DNA of 64,000 nucleotides, taken from positions 4,497,777 through 4,561,776 of the forward strand of contig BDGG01000004.1 of the NCBI GenBank assembly GCA_001949185.1, read 5' to 3'. A program made the position numbers and the translations under genes. Each line of letters starts with the position of its first letter. Positions within the stretch are counted from its first letter, which is position 1. Below are positions 22,079 to 35,495 of the stretch, piece by piece. The notes beneath the pieces were generated by a model, which saw only the letters and a list, made by a program, of their open reading frames with translations, had not been told where the DNA came from and made no database searches. The DNA comes from Ramazzottius varieornatus. Its lineage: Eukaryota > Animalia > Tardigrada.

Positions 22079-25050
22079 CTTTCTTCTGCCAGTCTTCAGC
22101 TACCTTCCTACATCCACGAGCATTCTTCAAACGTTCAGATGTGCAGATAAGGACGAACTAACGGGCAAACTGTCAAGTTCAAACATACTGGATCAAACAG
22201 CCATGCTGACGGCGGCGCAGCGGCTGGAGCTGGAAAAGCAAGAGAAGTCTAAATCAAACAGCAATCAAGGGAAGCAAGCGGCTTTCCAGAGCACAACAAA
22301 AAATGGTTTCTTTCCGCTCCCAGCCTCGCAGCCTCCTACAACCGCCTTTTATCTTTTCTCCGCTTCAAACACCCGTCGTTTCAAAAGAAAACTCGATCCT
22401 TCGGAAGTGAGCTTACCCTCTATTTTGACCAGGAAAGGTATCAGAATGTCTTCTTCAAGCTTTCGTCTTTTCCCGTTGTTGAGAATAAAGTCATCCGCCT
22501 TTGACGCCTTCACCGCCTTGAACCACAGCCAACGAGGAAAACGTTTGGGATTTGAGGATACGGCTATCTTCAGAACTGGGCCTACAAGGACGGTTCGAAC
22601 ATGGTCGAAATGCTTGAAACCAATGGACATCAGAAATCTGGATTTTGGAAGGGAAATCCTGATGAATAAAGTCGGTCTTTGTTTGAAATCGTCCAGCTTT
22701 GCTTTGGACCTTTGGCTTGACGTCCTCGTTTCGTCACGAGCTAACGCCGGCGAGTCCAGATTAAACTAACTCATCACGCGTGATGCGTCAGGCGGTTGTC
22801 AGTAGGCAGTCACGTGGTACGTCCTGCTGTCGTGGCCTGGAATCAACAATCAAGACGCAAACAAGGGATGGAACCACGCCCTGGACGAAAGAATCCAATC
22901 CCATTTTCTGCCCACCCATCACGTGGAAAGGAGAAAGTGTTGTGCGACGGACGATCGGGTGACCCCTGGAAATTCCCTCTTGTTGAGAGATAACGGGCAA
23001 GCTTTGGCTGCTGCGACGTCAGTGCTACCGTCTATGTTGGTCATACTCGGCTCCGAAACGTACGCCATCTGATACGGACTACGTACAAGCAATCGCGGCG
23101 AGCACAGCGGCGTTTTTAACACCTGGCAGCACCGGGTGGGAGACTCACTTTCCCGCCGCGCCCTAATATGTACGTGGTGAGATCCCAGGTAAGCTTTTGC
23201 TCCTCGCTTTTTCTCCTGTGCCTGAAGAATGAAGTTCGTCCGGTCCACAACTAGCAGTCACTCGACAGCGTATCTGCAAAACTGTCTGCAAAACTGTCTT
23301 CCGCTTCCGAAACCTCGTCCTAGCCAGAAAATCAATTTTCGGTCGGGCTCTCGGTTGGGCCGAAGTCTCCAAAAAAGATTCTATCTCGAGTCCAAACATC
23401 TCTGGATCTAGCAAACGTTTCAAATTCGAGAAATGGTTTGTCCGGATTCCGGTGGTCAAGAAAAAACATGCAGGTGGGCCGTTTCAAGTTGATAGGTGGC
23501 GCACTGTACATCGCATTCCCAAATTTTGGCCAATCGAGAACGAGGTGATGGGGTCTATTTAACAACGCCTCTCCCCCAACTTCAACCAGTTAAAAGAAGG
23601 CGAAAGTGACTTTCCCACCTGGTATTCTGAAAGCCCGAAATCGCGTGGTGCTCAAGGTGTCAAATATTAAAAGCGGCTGTGTTTTTTAACATGGATTACC
23701 AACATCTCTCTGATAACATGATTTACCATGACTCATCTGTCATAACAAAAGTTTGCGTTTTCGCAAATGGTCTATTTTAGGTAGTCGCGATTTTCTCCGC
23801 GGATCCAGCTGCCGAAGATGCTCGTTGCCCAATATTTTGGTTTCAGCCCCGGCTTTCACCAATCAGCAGCCTCTTCTCCGTCAACAGGCACCGACTGCAC
23901 TCAAGAGTCTGGACTGTGAAGGGACTCGCCCATCCATATGAGTTGGTACACGGTTCTTGAATAAACGCAGTTGGGCGAAGTTTTCTCAACCATATGGCTG
24001 AAAAACAAAGTTTCCGTTTGATTTTCAGGAACTCACAGGAAAGGGAGACCTTCTTCAAGTTCACTTCCGCCTTCCGGGTTCCGACATCTTTCGATTCTTT
24101 CCAATCGAGGCGAATGACAGTCCCGCTCTTACAGATAGCGCTGCTCTGGTGAGTAAGGGGAAGTCGAATTCCTGCTGACGCGAAGGTCGGGCGGAACTCA
24201 CATTTCAGTATTGTATTCAGTTTCAGTCCCACACTTACTCCCACGTCGCGTCGGACTGCCAAAAGTTCAGCCCCAAAGTACATCAGTTCAGCTCGAGTGA
24301 ACTGAATTGGACCGCTTTCTAAACCAGTCCTAGTTAGACTGGTAAAATCGAATCTCTCACAGATATCAGTTTTGGTCCCGAGACTGAAACTGATTCGCGA
24401 AGGATATCAGTCGCAGTCTGGAAGACTCAAACTGAAATGTACGGGATATCAGTTTCAGTCTCTGGGACTACCAAGGGAATTGGGGGAGGACCTTCCTCGA
24501 ATTTGCTGGCTTTCGTTTTCCCAAAATGGAGGACGTATGAAGTTCCCACTATGAAGCCCTGCTGTCGGTGGAGTACCATTTTTCAACTCAAAGTAATTTC
24601 GAAACGCGTTTGCCAAACATTTTCGACTTTACCAAATGGTGTTCCGCCGACCGTAATGCCTCTTAAAGGTACCCGGGATTCTTCATCTATCTTGGGGAGA
24701 ACGGAAACCCAAGGATTCGGAAAGAGCGCATCACGCATGTTGCTGCTCATAACTTACCGCTCTGCTATTCAGCTGATCTTCCATCGGTTTGTCTACATGT
24801 CCGGAGCTGATTAGTGATTACCACCTGTGGTTTTCAGGACAAGAAATTCAGGTAGCAGCTTCCTAGGAACCTTTGGTCTTGAAACTGTAATTGAAGACTT
24901 TCCTGCAGGTGAAGAGGTTTCGCTTTGCAGATGCATGGTGATAGTTATGGCAACAATGGGACTCCAGAGTCATTCCGACGTGGGGCAGCTGCCAAAGAGG
25001 TATGGGTGGCTCTCGGTCCTGCGGCAAGATTTTGAGGTACCAGCTGGGCC

Positions 25051-26707
25051 ATGGACTCAGGCTCTCCACTAGCAAATAGCTTATCGATTGAGGAAAACCT
25101 CTTGATTCGCGCTGGATGTCGCATTTTGGAATCAGAATGCAAACAAGGCACCTTCAGGTTCTGGGGGAAAGTCTTCGGAACGCAGAATGATTACTATGTC
25201 CTGCAGTCGACCACCATTCATCCATTCCAGATGTTGACGACGTACTACAGGTAACATCATAATCCTTGGCTTCTCTCTCGGAAGTCAACTGATGACTTGC
25301 TTTCTTAGTTTAGCCGTGACGCCCGGATATGGCAGACCTTACCGCGAGTGCAGCCCAAGCTACAAAAGAGCTCTCCACGCTTGAACGGCATGTTCACCGG
25401 CGACCCAACCTTTACCAGCAACTTCGTTGAGTACCATTATTCTGGCGAACATTACTACGAACCCACAACGGTATGTGCCCATGCAAGAGCTAAATTGTCT
25501 TTTGGTCCATCTATCTTGTCGTATTTATTTGGGATTGCTTTTAAAACATAGACGGCTGTCAAGGAAGAAGATCGCTTGTCGTACCTGGTCTTCTGTATCG
25601 ACAATGAATGCTCTGTCGTCCCCAAAGGCTCCGCCGGCTTGGACGAAAAGGGCTTTCTGGTTCAGAACCCGGCTTACGAAGGTAAATTGGTTGACTTTCG
25701 TTTCGCGACCTGGGTTGCAGTGCGTATTCTCATTATATTCTCCTTATTCCGCAAAAATCTCAAGAATCGCAAGAAAACTTTGTAATCGGTTCGTTTCTAA
25801 CCATGACCCATACACCTTTTTGCAGGAATGACCTACGAACAATGCCGCGATGTGGATAGTTACCTGCTTTACAAGCCATGCAGTATCAAGAAAACTCAGC
25901 CGGGTTACGAGGACATTGGAATTGCCGATCCTGCTCATAATGTTTTAATACCCCTGAGTGAAACCCTACCTGCCGAGTCCCACAGTCTCTACGGTACAGT
26001 ACCATAATAGTATCACTCCACAGCGAGGTCCTCGGCAAACAGGCTCTACCTGACCGTTTTTCTAATTGGCGCACGTTTCCAGCCAATCACACAGAAAACC
26101 TGCGCCAGTGGGAAAGCAGCCTTGTCGAGTTTCTTTAGCGAATCTTCCATTGTCGACAGTACATTCTCCTCAATTACTTTCCAGCCTGTTAGTGACTTAT
26201 GTGTAAATTACCATTATGCACGCAAGGCTTGATCTAACTTCATTCCATCTTCGCTTAGGCGTTTGGGCGTTTCGCGATGCGGGCGAGGAAGAATGCGTAA
26301 TAATGGAGAGTACGCAATGGTCGGGCTTCTTCTTTTGGCACAACATCAACAACACCAACCACGGGCAAGTTTACTTTGGCCGAGGTGACAAGAACATTGA
26401 TGTGCCATTTATTCTGGGTAGCCCAGAAGAAGCTGAATTGGTGGTAGACATTGGTATAGTTCCCGAGTACGACTGGAAGGCCCTGCCGAAAGAGGCCATC
26501 AAGGAGGCCGAAGAGTGGTTCGTTGAAGAGGAAGCTCGCTTGGCCAAGCTCCTTCCTCCGCTACCGAAACCCAAGCCTAAAGCTTCCCCTAAGAAAGAAG
26601 GTGAAGAAGGGGAGGAAGGCGAAGATGGAGAGAAGACCGACGAGTCAGCTGCCGATGGAGGTGACACTGCGGCGGAGAACACCGATGACGAAAACAACGA
26701 AAAGTAG
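25051..26707 (+). CDS. RSPH9: Radial spoke head protein 9 homologue with acidic C-terminal extension; 5 exons
   Basis: FWGKVFGTQNDYYVLQ, LNGMFTGDPT, VKEEDRLSYLVFCIDNECSVVPKGS, NPAYEG, STQWSGFFFWH...HGQVYFGRGDKNIDVPFIL match RSPH9 motifs. Confidence 0.9.
26031..26141. repeat. Palindromic ~110-bp element (RSPH9 intron)
   Basis: ctcggcaaac...ttggcgcac-N25-ctgcgccagtggg...cttgtcgagttt. Confidence 0.88.
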
Positions 26708-28929
26708 AACATTCTCTTAAATCTAAAAACCCATCAAGCTTGTAGCTTTAGGCTCTTTGGTATCAGGAAAAGGATTAAAAAGAAAGTTCTATATTGCGAT
26801 AGGCGTTTTGCGGACCGGAACTGAGCTGGACTTTGTCGGATGAGTCATCGACGAGTTTGATAGAATGATGAGGTTTCCTCGCGGGATTTGGCATGTATCT
26901 CTCTGTCCTTCTCAAAACGTAGCGCGGATTACGGAATATGAATCTCTCGTGCCGCAGCTCAGCTTCCCTTTCAGCTCGATAAGTCCACTCCGTGGGCATA
27001 CAACAGTTACGGAATGGGCACTATTAAATTACGCGATGAGCGTGAGTGACTTCATGCTATGCTGTCTATTCGCAGACTGTAGGCTGTATGCTGCTCTCTA
27101 ATCGTTGGCCTACTTTCATCCCTGTCGTTCGATCGCTTGTTTTATTCGGGAATGCAAAAGTCTGGTGGAAAAATTTCCAGCTAGTGTGGACAACTCATCG
27201 AGCGCATAATAGCCGAGTGAAATAGTGTATCGATCGAAACCCGGAAAAGGTCTGGAGCGAGTGACCAGACGCTCAGTTTACACGCTGACTGACCCGTCTG
27301 TGTATTTTGCCATTGGGCCCGACCCTTTTGACAAGTCCGTTTCCGCTTCCAGGCTTGAGGCTTCTGTTCCTTTTTTCGATAGAGACATCTCGTAGTGTCG
27401 ATATCGCTGTCATCTGGTTAACAACGCCATGAAACCTATATCTGTACGCCCTCGTATCTATTGCGTTATCAAGAGCTGCAAAGTGGAACTTTGTTCTATC
27501 CGTGTTATGTCTTCCATTCCTGTTGGTCGCGCCTCGACTTCTATCAACGACTGAATATACTTACGCTGATTTCTGTCATAAAATTTCATGTGATGTTGTC
27601 GGACGGACTTTTTGCCTGTTGGACAATAGGCCGTATGTCGAAGTGCCGAGAATCGTACAGTTATCGCTTTACCGCCCAGCACTAAAAATCGGAAGTACCT
27701 TTGATTAATGCAGCTCTTTCATATGCGGATCTAAATCAGTTATGACAAGCAGCTCCGGATGATTGGCCATTTATCCGCCACAAGAATTCATCCAACGTCA
27801 GGTAAAGGCTGTGCTAACGAACTTTCGCTTCTGGTTGATGTTATTTATGACTTCTTCAGAATGATTACTGAGTTATGATATCAATTTATATTAAGGTGAA
27901 GCGAAGACCGGCTCGGACCTTATTGTTTTCCATGTGTTCTAGTTACAGAGATCGATTAAAATCAGGACACTTCGACCATTAACTAACTGGGTTGTTTAGT
28001 CTATTATCCACCCATCTCGAAAGTTTTTCGGGAATTTCGTCAGGCTTTTGTCAGGCTGCAAAAGCATACGTAGAAATTCGCATTCGGAAGTTGAAGGGGT
28101 TTATGAGTGGACGCCTTTTTGATGATCACAACTTACATGATGTGCGAAGAGCCGTCTAATCATGAGCACATTGATACGGCTTTATGTAAAGATGCTACGT
28201 GACTGGAACGCCACTAAAACACCTAGAAAAAACAATGCGAAAGATTAGCCAAGCATGTTTTGAGTATAGTCATTTCACGGTTGATGTTTTGGCTTTTGAA
28301 CGAGAGAGCGAAGTGAGGAAGGCATGTAAACTTGACAAGAAGCTTACAACCCGCTTTCAGCCAGCCTCGTCGTTTTTCCATTCTGCTCTATGTCATCCGA
28401 GATACCAAGATGATAGAGGTACGAGCCTCTTCAAGCGTATCCATCGCACTTGAACACTGTGAGTGCAGAGACCCAACAGTGTCTATTAGCGCCATCAGGC
28501 ACCACAGCAAATAAAGCCACATAAAGCCCGCAGTGACGTCACATACGGTAAAGCCAATGGGCCGGGCCGCAGTGACGTCGCACACGACTATCTTGCCTGA
28601 ATGATCTGATTTTACGGCGATTTGGTTGAGCTGTTTGGTCTGAAGAATGTCTACCGTGCGGTTCTACATCTGTTGAGTGGATGCAGACATAAAGTCTGAC
28701 TTGACTTGGTCCATTACCTGCATTCTTGATGGTATGGAGAAGAGGCCATGGCACATCTTGTGCTACTTACACTGGCCGATGTCAAAGCCTAGTAAACGAT
28801 GATTTGTTACAAATCTCGGCTTGTCTGGTTGCAGGAAAGCGAATCTTTGATGCCTATCGTGGCTGTCACTTTACCCATATGCCCGTCTTGACCGTTGATT
28901 GGCACTGATTCTTGGCTGTGATTGAGAAC

Positions 28930-31900
28930 ATGGCTACCTGCGAGGCTGACGGTGATGATGCCACCGAGGCCGAAAGTAACAGCGAAGAACCATCAATCGC
29001 CACAAAACGAGCCTTCTTCGTTGCGCGATCCGCCAGTAGCTGTGCTGACCAGCAGCCGCATCTTCGGACGGTGAAAGTCCAGCGACGACATGCCAATCGC
29101 CATTCCACCATCTCTCAGCATATCCAGCTTTTTGAGTGCAAGACCTTCACTTCGGCGCTGAGTTCGCCTGTCCTTTCTGCTCGCAGGATGTCCACTGTTG
29201 ATCGCGGCGGTTCACCTAGAGAAAAATCTGACACACCAGCTACGCCGATGGAATCACTCTATGTTAATTTAAGGGATCTCAATCGAGAGTCGAATGGCGA
29301 GCAACAACGCGTACCGACTAAGCCTTCGGCCAGGAAGAAACCGATGCCTGTTCCAAGGCGAAGTTCGCAAGTCCAGTCGGTACCCGCCATCCAAGAGACA
29401 ACACCACTTAGCCCGCCGGCAACTCCAGCACGTCCAGCTTATCCGCCGCCATTGCCTCCGACTGCTGCGTCTCGACAACAACCTGTAAGGAAACATTTGG
29501 CCGGAAAACCGCCATTGAATCTTCGTGAAATGAAAAATTGAAAATGGATGGAATTTTCACAATGTTCATTTAACTTTGACTTGATTGATGATTTGACTTG
29601 TTCTGACCGGGTATTTTTGTTGGTGTAGTCTTAAAACCGCGTAATGTACTGTATGCCAATCAACGATCAAGCGAGTCAGTGACAGACACTCATCATCCAC
29701 TCATGTTTTTCTCTGTTTTTGCAGCACTTCGACCGACAGAAATCATGTCCACTAATTGCTTGTGAACGGAGAAAAACAATAGCCAACGACTGTCATTTTC
29801 CGCAGCCATCGCAAAGCTCGCCACGATTGGAAGAAGCAAGTCTTCTAAACAAACCCGGAAGTTTTGGTAATGTAACGCCACGACCGGGTTCAGGCTCCTC
29901 CACACCATCCGCCGGAACTCCCGTCAAAGACCTGGACTTTCTTAGAGCGTCCACACAGATTACTGACAATCACCACAAGTCTATGACACTACCCAACCGC
30001 CTTGCTCGTCCACTCTTCAGTCTCCAATCCCAGCCTGTTATTTCCAGTCCCAGTTCAGTCAACAGTGTAAAGTCCTCCACAACGGAAGACTGTCACATTT
30101 CCCGGCGACCCCTGCCTCAACTTCCGTCGTCGGGAAGTCAAGAAGAAGGGACTGACGACTGTTACAGTGACACATGCACCTACAACGAGCCAATTTATCA
30201 AGAACTAGCAGAAGATGCCGGAGCCGAGAAAGCAGATGTCACTTCCGGTTTCTCGATGTCGGTCTTTCCCCAGCCATCAGTGTTGAGGAAAACCAGGCGT
30301 TGCGGGAGGAGCTTTCGCTCGCTTCGAGGACTTCAGGGTGACAAGCTTGTAGTGAGGCCCAAGCTGCGCTCCATGTCCTTCACCACGGCGGACTTGGAGG
30401 TGCGCAGCCAGCCGCGACCCTACTCCACTTCCTGCTCCTCCATTTCTCTGACTGAATCGGATTCCGGAGTTTCGCTCGAGTTGGAATCCCTACGGGATGA
30501 TTTGAGTTTGAGATATGCAGTTTCGAACCTGACCGGTGATTTCGGCAAGGCCGTGGACAAAGCTAAGGGATTCCAAAGCCGATCTGAAAGTCTTAACACT
30601 AGTAAGTCTTTTACTCATACGCAGTGAAATTACGCATAACGATGTAATAATTCTCTAACATGTTCAAGAAAGCGAAAGCAATAGAAAGAAAAAATATCAT
30701 CGTCAATCAGTTTAGACTTCCGATTATTCTGTTACAGAGTCGGACGGACAATGGACTAAGCAAGTGGCTAAGAATGCTGTCGGCAACAAAAATCGCCGAC
30801 ACACTCTGCCCATCTCTATGGCCCTATCACCGCACTCATCAACCGTGTTCGGTAAGACCGCGGGATATACTATTAGCACCATCACACTGCATTCGACCCA
30901 CATTTCACCTTAATTATGGCTATGAAAGTGTGCGGCATAGATCATCAATCTTTGTGCAGCAGACGACATTGATCATCTCGGTAGTGTCAGGTTTAATAGA
31001 CCCACATCAACCGCCACAGCGCACTGTACCGCAAACAGTGCCTGTTTGAAGGTTCCCTCGGACTTTGGTTTCAACCCTGCGCCAGTTAATCTGGGAGAAG
31101 CAGGAATGGAAGACCTACGGAGACAAACAAACTCGACACAATTTTTTCCCAATGGTGCACGCTCTCGATGTTGTTGGCTGGTAGTGTGCGCCACTTGAAG
31201 AGTTGTTCTTGTCAAGTTTGCTGCCGATGTCTCAAATGTGAAAAGTTTCGAGCCACAGAGATCACCGATCAAACAATACGATTTGACCAACGGTTCTTCC
31301 TTATAAACCCTTATGATAAATATTCCGTTTGCTCATTAGTCTTTTCTTTTTTCAACAGACGACATTGATGATGACAAGTCGGAAGCTGTGGCCCATTGTG
31401 AGCTGGATCATTACCCGCCGCGCGCTCTTTGGTGCCAACAGTTGTCAGTGGTTAGCAGCGGGCTCTTGGACCACCTGTCTGACGACGAAAGAAAGCTGCA
31501 GGAAGCTCTCTACGAAATCATCGCCTCGGAAGCAGCTCACCTACGATACCTCAATGTGGCCATCAACGTCTTCAAGAACGCACCAGAGTTTCTGGCAGCC
31601 AACAGAGGCGGTGACCCATCGCTGGCCGTCCTCTCCGCCCAAGAAGAACGTAATCTTTTTCTGAACCTCACCGACGTTCGCACTGCTAGTTACAGCTTGT
31701 TTGGTGCCTTGCATCAACGCTATGTCCAGCATGGTTCGCCCCTCATGCCACATTGCCATGATATCTTGTCAGACTTTGCCGCCAACCAGTCAAAGGTAAA
31801 CTCTCCCACAGTAATCCAATGTTGAACTACTGGGCATAGTGTTTACGATTTCAGGTGTATGTCAAGTACTGTTCGGACCAGCTATTCCAAGAGAAGACGC

Positions 31901-33787
31901 TGAAGGGTCTTCGAGAAAGAAAAAGGTTCCAAGAGGTCAGTTCCCCAAATTCGACAAGATTGTTTTTTCCAAGTGCCGCGTGTTTTCAGTGTTATGAGCT
32001 GCAAGCATGCGTCATTTGAAAAACAGTCTGATCGGGCTTGTTTGCGGAGCTCGATCAGACCCAATTAATAAATTTTAATGGTTATACAGTATGTATCTGT
32101 CACACATCACGGTGGCTTCATTTTTATGTTGCCTGGTTGTAGGTGGTGAGGAGGTTGGAAAGCCTGAAAGTGTGCGAGTCGTTGGACTTCCGGTCGTACC
32201 TGATGTTACCGATGCAGCGCGTGACACGCTTACCCTTGTTGATCAGTGCCGTCGTCAAGCGTACAGCGGGTACGGCAGAGCAGACGGCTTATACCAACGC
32301 CCTAATTGCCATCAACAAGGTAAGCATCGCATGTTCGCCTCTTTTTGCATCGAGAGTTGCTGTCAGTGGGTTTCTTTCTTTTTTGTTTTTAGGTCGTGAG
32401 AGAATGCGACGAAGGAGCCAAACGGTGAGTTTGATGATAGAAAGGGTTTCTGACTTCTGTCATGCAGTGTATAGGCGAACTTTTTCAGTCTAATCATTCT
32501 ACTAATACAGGTGTGCATGCATCGAAGAGCTATGCCGCATTGACTCCATTCTACAGTTCGATGTCTCTCTCAAAGTAAGAAGAACATAGATATTATTGAA
32601 ATACCCATTTAATGCCCATTATACCGATTGTATGGATCTGGTCAAACTTGTTACTCCTTTCAGAAAATTCCAATTATTTCCGCTTCGCGTTCGTTGGTCA
32701 AGCGTGGAACCGTTGATGTTATTCAAATAGAGCACAAGTTTCTACCGCGGCGGACTTTTCACAAAAAGTAAATAAGCCTGCGTCAAACTTTCATAATGGC
32801 GTTACTGACTGATTAATTAAATTACAGGTCTCTGCATTTATTGCTGTTCAACGACCTGTTTCTCTTGACCAAACCCAAAGGGTTCGTGCCCAGCTGTTCC
32901 TCTATCAGGAGTGATCAAGAGGGATATTGAGTTCGATTTAATATGGTATTCCTGATGGTTGCAGAGGCTCGGAAGAGGCACTGGTGGTCATTGACTACTG
33001 TCCGCGCAACATGCTGGACTGTGTGCAGATATCGCCCACCGAGCGCGACGATCTCCTGGCCCACACTTACCTCGGAGGTTCCCACTCCGCTCAAAACCCT
33101 CAAGATTTCCTCGGGGCCAAGATCGTCCTCTTGCGCAACAGCGCGCAGAAGACCGTCGAGCTCTTTGTCGTTATGTCGCTTGAGTAAGTGGAAACTGAAC
33201 CAGATCGTTCTCGCAAGTGGCGCACGTTCCTGTCGTCATAGGCTACGAGCGTGCGCCAAATGGGAAATCAGTCTGGTCCAGTCATTTGCTCAGCTAACAA
33301 GTCTGTCCTTTCTTCTCCTTCGAAGGGATATTGGGGTGTATAACGAAAATACTTGGTTACAGGAGCGATTACTTAAGATGGATGAGCGTGCTGAACCCTT
33401 CGGAGAAAGTGGACGGCGATGAGAAGATTTACGAAATCTGGGATTGTCCAAAGTACGAAGTGATTGCCGATTACATGGCCAAGGAGAACGACGAGCTGAG
33501 TCTGGTAGTGGGTGACGTTGTGGATATCTACCGAAAGTCCTCGGATGGCTGGATGGAAGGTCGCAAAGCGTCCGATGGTCATCTAGGCTGGCTCCCCACC
33601 GACATCACCAAAGAACTCATGACTGAACATGCTCGGGCCAGGTACTGTTGGTTCCGAACTCACCAACTATCATTCAGCTGACATTGTCTCTCCTCCATTT
33701 TTCAGAAATTTGAAGGAACGAAACCGCCTTTTGACGGTATCCGCTCAGATCACGAAAGAACGCTCGAAACTTCCGACATATTGGTGA
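28930..33787 (+). CDS. Ephexin-family RhoGEF (long disordered N-terminus, DH-PH-SH3)
   Basis: LWCQQLSVVSSGLLDHLSDDERKLQEALYEII, SYLMLPMQRVTRLPLLI, LHLLLFNDLFLL, EKIYEIWDCPKYEVIADYMAKENDELSLVVGDVV...DGWMEG, EHARARNLKERNRLL. Confidence 0.93.
31121..31227. repeat. Palindromic ~110-bp element (Ephexin intron)
   Basis: caaacaaactcgaca...aatggtgcac-N25-gtgcgccactt...cttgtcaagtttgctgccga. Confidence 0.9.
31947..32047. repeat. Palindromic ~110-bp element (Ephexin intron)
   Basis: ttcgacaagattgttttttccaagtgccgcg...tgcgtcatttg. Confidence 0.8.
33191..33290. repeat. Palindromic ~110-bp element (Ephexin intron)
   Basis: cagatcgttctcgcaagtggcgcac-N25-gtgcgccaaatggg. Confidence 0.88.
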
Positions 33788-34334
33788 TAGTTACACGCTT
33801 GTCCTCCGTTGTGGCCATGATTGTCCGCACCAAGCACTAGTCGAGAGAGACGTTGGTTTGCTCATCATCTTATAGTGATTTCGGGTTCATGTAAAGTTCT
33901 ATGTAAAGTCAAAGGTAAAGATGAACTGCAGTCGGTGTGGACCCATAAATTTCGTGAACATTCACTTCCTTGCATGACAGCCTGATTTACTGTTCGAGCT
34001 TTACTCACTGTGCAGCACGAAAGTGTGGAAGATTATCATCGACCACGGAAGATTTCTATCGGGTCGTCACAAGAGTCATGTACTGTCTATCGGCCAAGTG
34101 ATGTAGCGAACCCCTAGAAAACTTCGATACTTGGTTGTACAGCATAATGAGTACACGTGTATAGCGAAAGTTGTTAGCGAAAATCACTCAAGTGTTCGTT
34201 GTCGAAATATTATTATGTCAGCCTTTGCGAGATCCGATTGCCGATTGTAACAGACCATGGACCTGTGAGCTCGAGGCATGTATGAATCGGTCACCTGATG
34301 AAATTTCGTATGACAAATTTTGAGGACTTTTCAA

Positions 34335-34858
34335 ATGTATTCCACGTGGGTACCGGTGCTTTTGCTCCTTGGAACAATCCAGCTTCGGACAACCATTTGT
34401 GCTAACAGCGCGGCTGCTCTATTGGTGGCTTCCTCGCCCAGCGACAAACAGGAAGTCGCAACGGGACACGATGGTACTCCATTGCGAGGTCGGTTAGATG
34501 GATTATACCAGTCCTCAAATAATACTCTCTCCATCCGAGTCTATGTTAACTTTGCTGAATGACTAGTTTCGAGAAGGTCAATTCAAAAATGGATTGTTTG
34601 CATAAAGTTCAACGGATGGAACCGATGATACCGGACCCTGTCAAAATACTGGAAACCCTGGGAAATCTACACGATCAAGCCCATGGGACGACCAAGCCGC
34701 CATCGTTTGCGCACGACGGAATGAAATGTGAGCGCTTCCAAGAAGCGTGCTGCGCGAAGCTACTAGAGTCTTTGGCTCAAGACCGCAAGGTCCACGAGGA
34801 ATCTCTTTGTACAGTTCATCAACTGAACGGATGCAGTTGCGACATCCACGTTCCCTAA
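34335..34858 (+). CDS. Putative small secreted six-cysteine orphan protein (2 exons: 34335-34488, 34608-34858; 134 aa)
   Basis: Signal-peptide-like MYSTWVPVLLLLGTIQLRTTICA; phase-1 intron gtcggt...aaag; C-terminus CERFQEACCAKLLESLAQDRKVHEESLCTVHQLNGCSCDIHVP*. Confidence 0.6.
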
Positions 34859-34930
34859 CAAAATATCAAATAGTTATCGCAAAGTTCACAGCGAAATATT
34901 GCGCAGGGTGGAATAGAGTATACATGGGAG

Positions 34931-35030
34931 CTCGCCAAAAGAATTCGACAAGATCGTTCACAAGTGGCGCATGTCCTCTGTGTTACTGGCTGGAAGCTTG
35001 TGCCACTTGGAAAAGAACGGACTTGCCGAG
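34931..35030. repeat. Palindromic ~110-bp element (intergenic/3' region)
   Basis: ttcgacaagatcgttcacaagtggcgcat...tgtgccacttgg...ttgccgag. Confidence 0.88.
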
Positions 35031-35495
35031 GATCGTTTTTGTATCGCTCCCAGTGTTGTTCAAAGTGCTACATACATGTGCAAGAATGGCTGAAAAATAT
35101 GACAATTAGACTGCATACCAAAGGATCACCGGTCGACGACAGAGAAAAGTCGACCAGAAAACTTATGAGTACGGATACTCGTATTACAAATAAAAGCTAA
35201 TACAGAAGTCGCATTGCGATTATTTCCATAAATTATGCCTACCACAATACGAGAAACCATGCTAGAATGGAAACTTACACGACCTTTCCATAAGGTTTGG
35301 CTATTTACATTGCAACACCGGGAATTAATTCACAGGAATTGACTAAGCTTGATTTTGAAGGGAATGCTAAATGAGTTTCTTGGATTAGTCCTACGTTCAT
35401 GCTGCGGCGCATGAAACTCTTAATGATGCTTGCAACCTAATAGTCTCGACAGCACACCCTTAGTTGGTTCGAAGAAGACAGCCCATGTTTAGGCC

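Noticed and set aside
21774-22769. 331-aa plus-strand ORF
   Set aside because: It is antisense to the first Piwi exon and its upstream region, has no recognisable motif and is probably a shadow ORF.
26775-27682. Two 74-aa minus-strand ORFs downstream of RSPH9
   Set aside because: No motif or convincing splice linkage, so they cannot be supported as genes.
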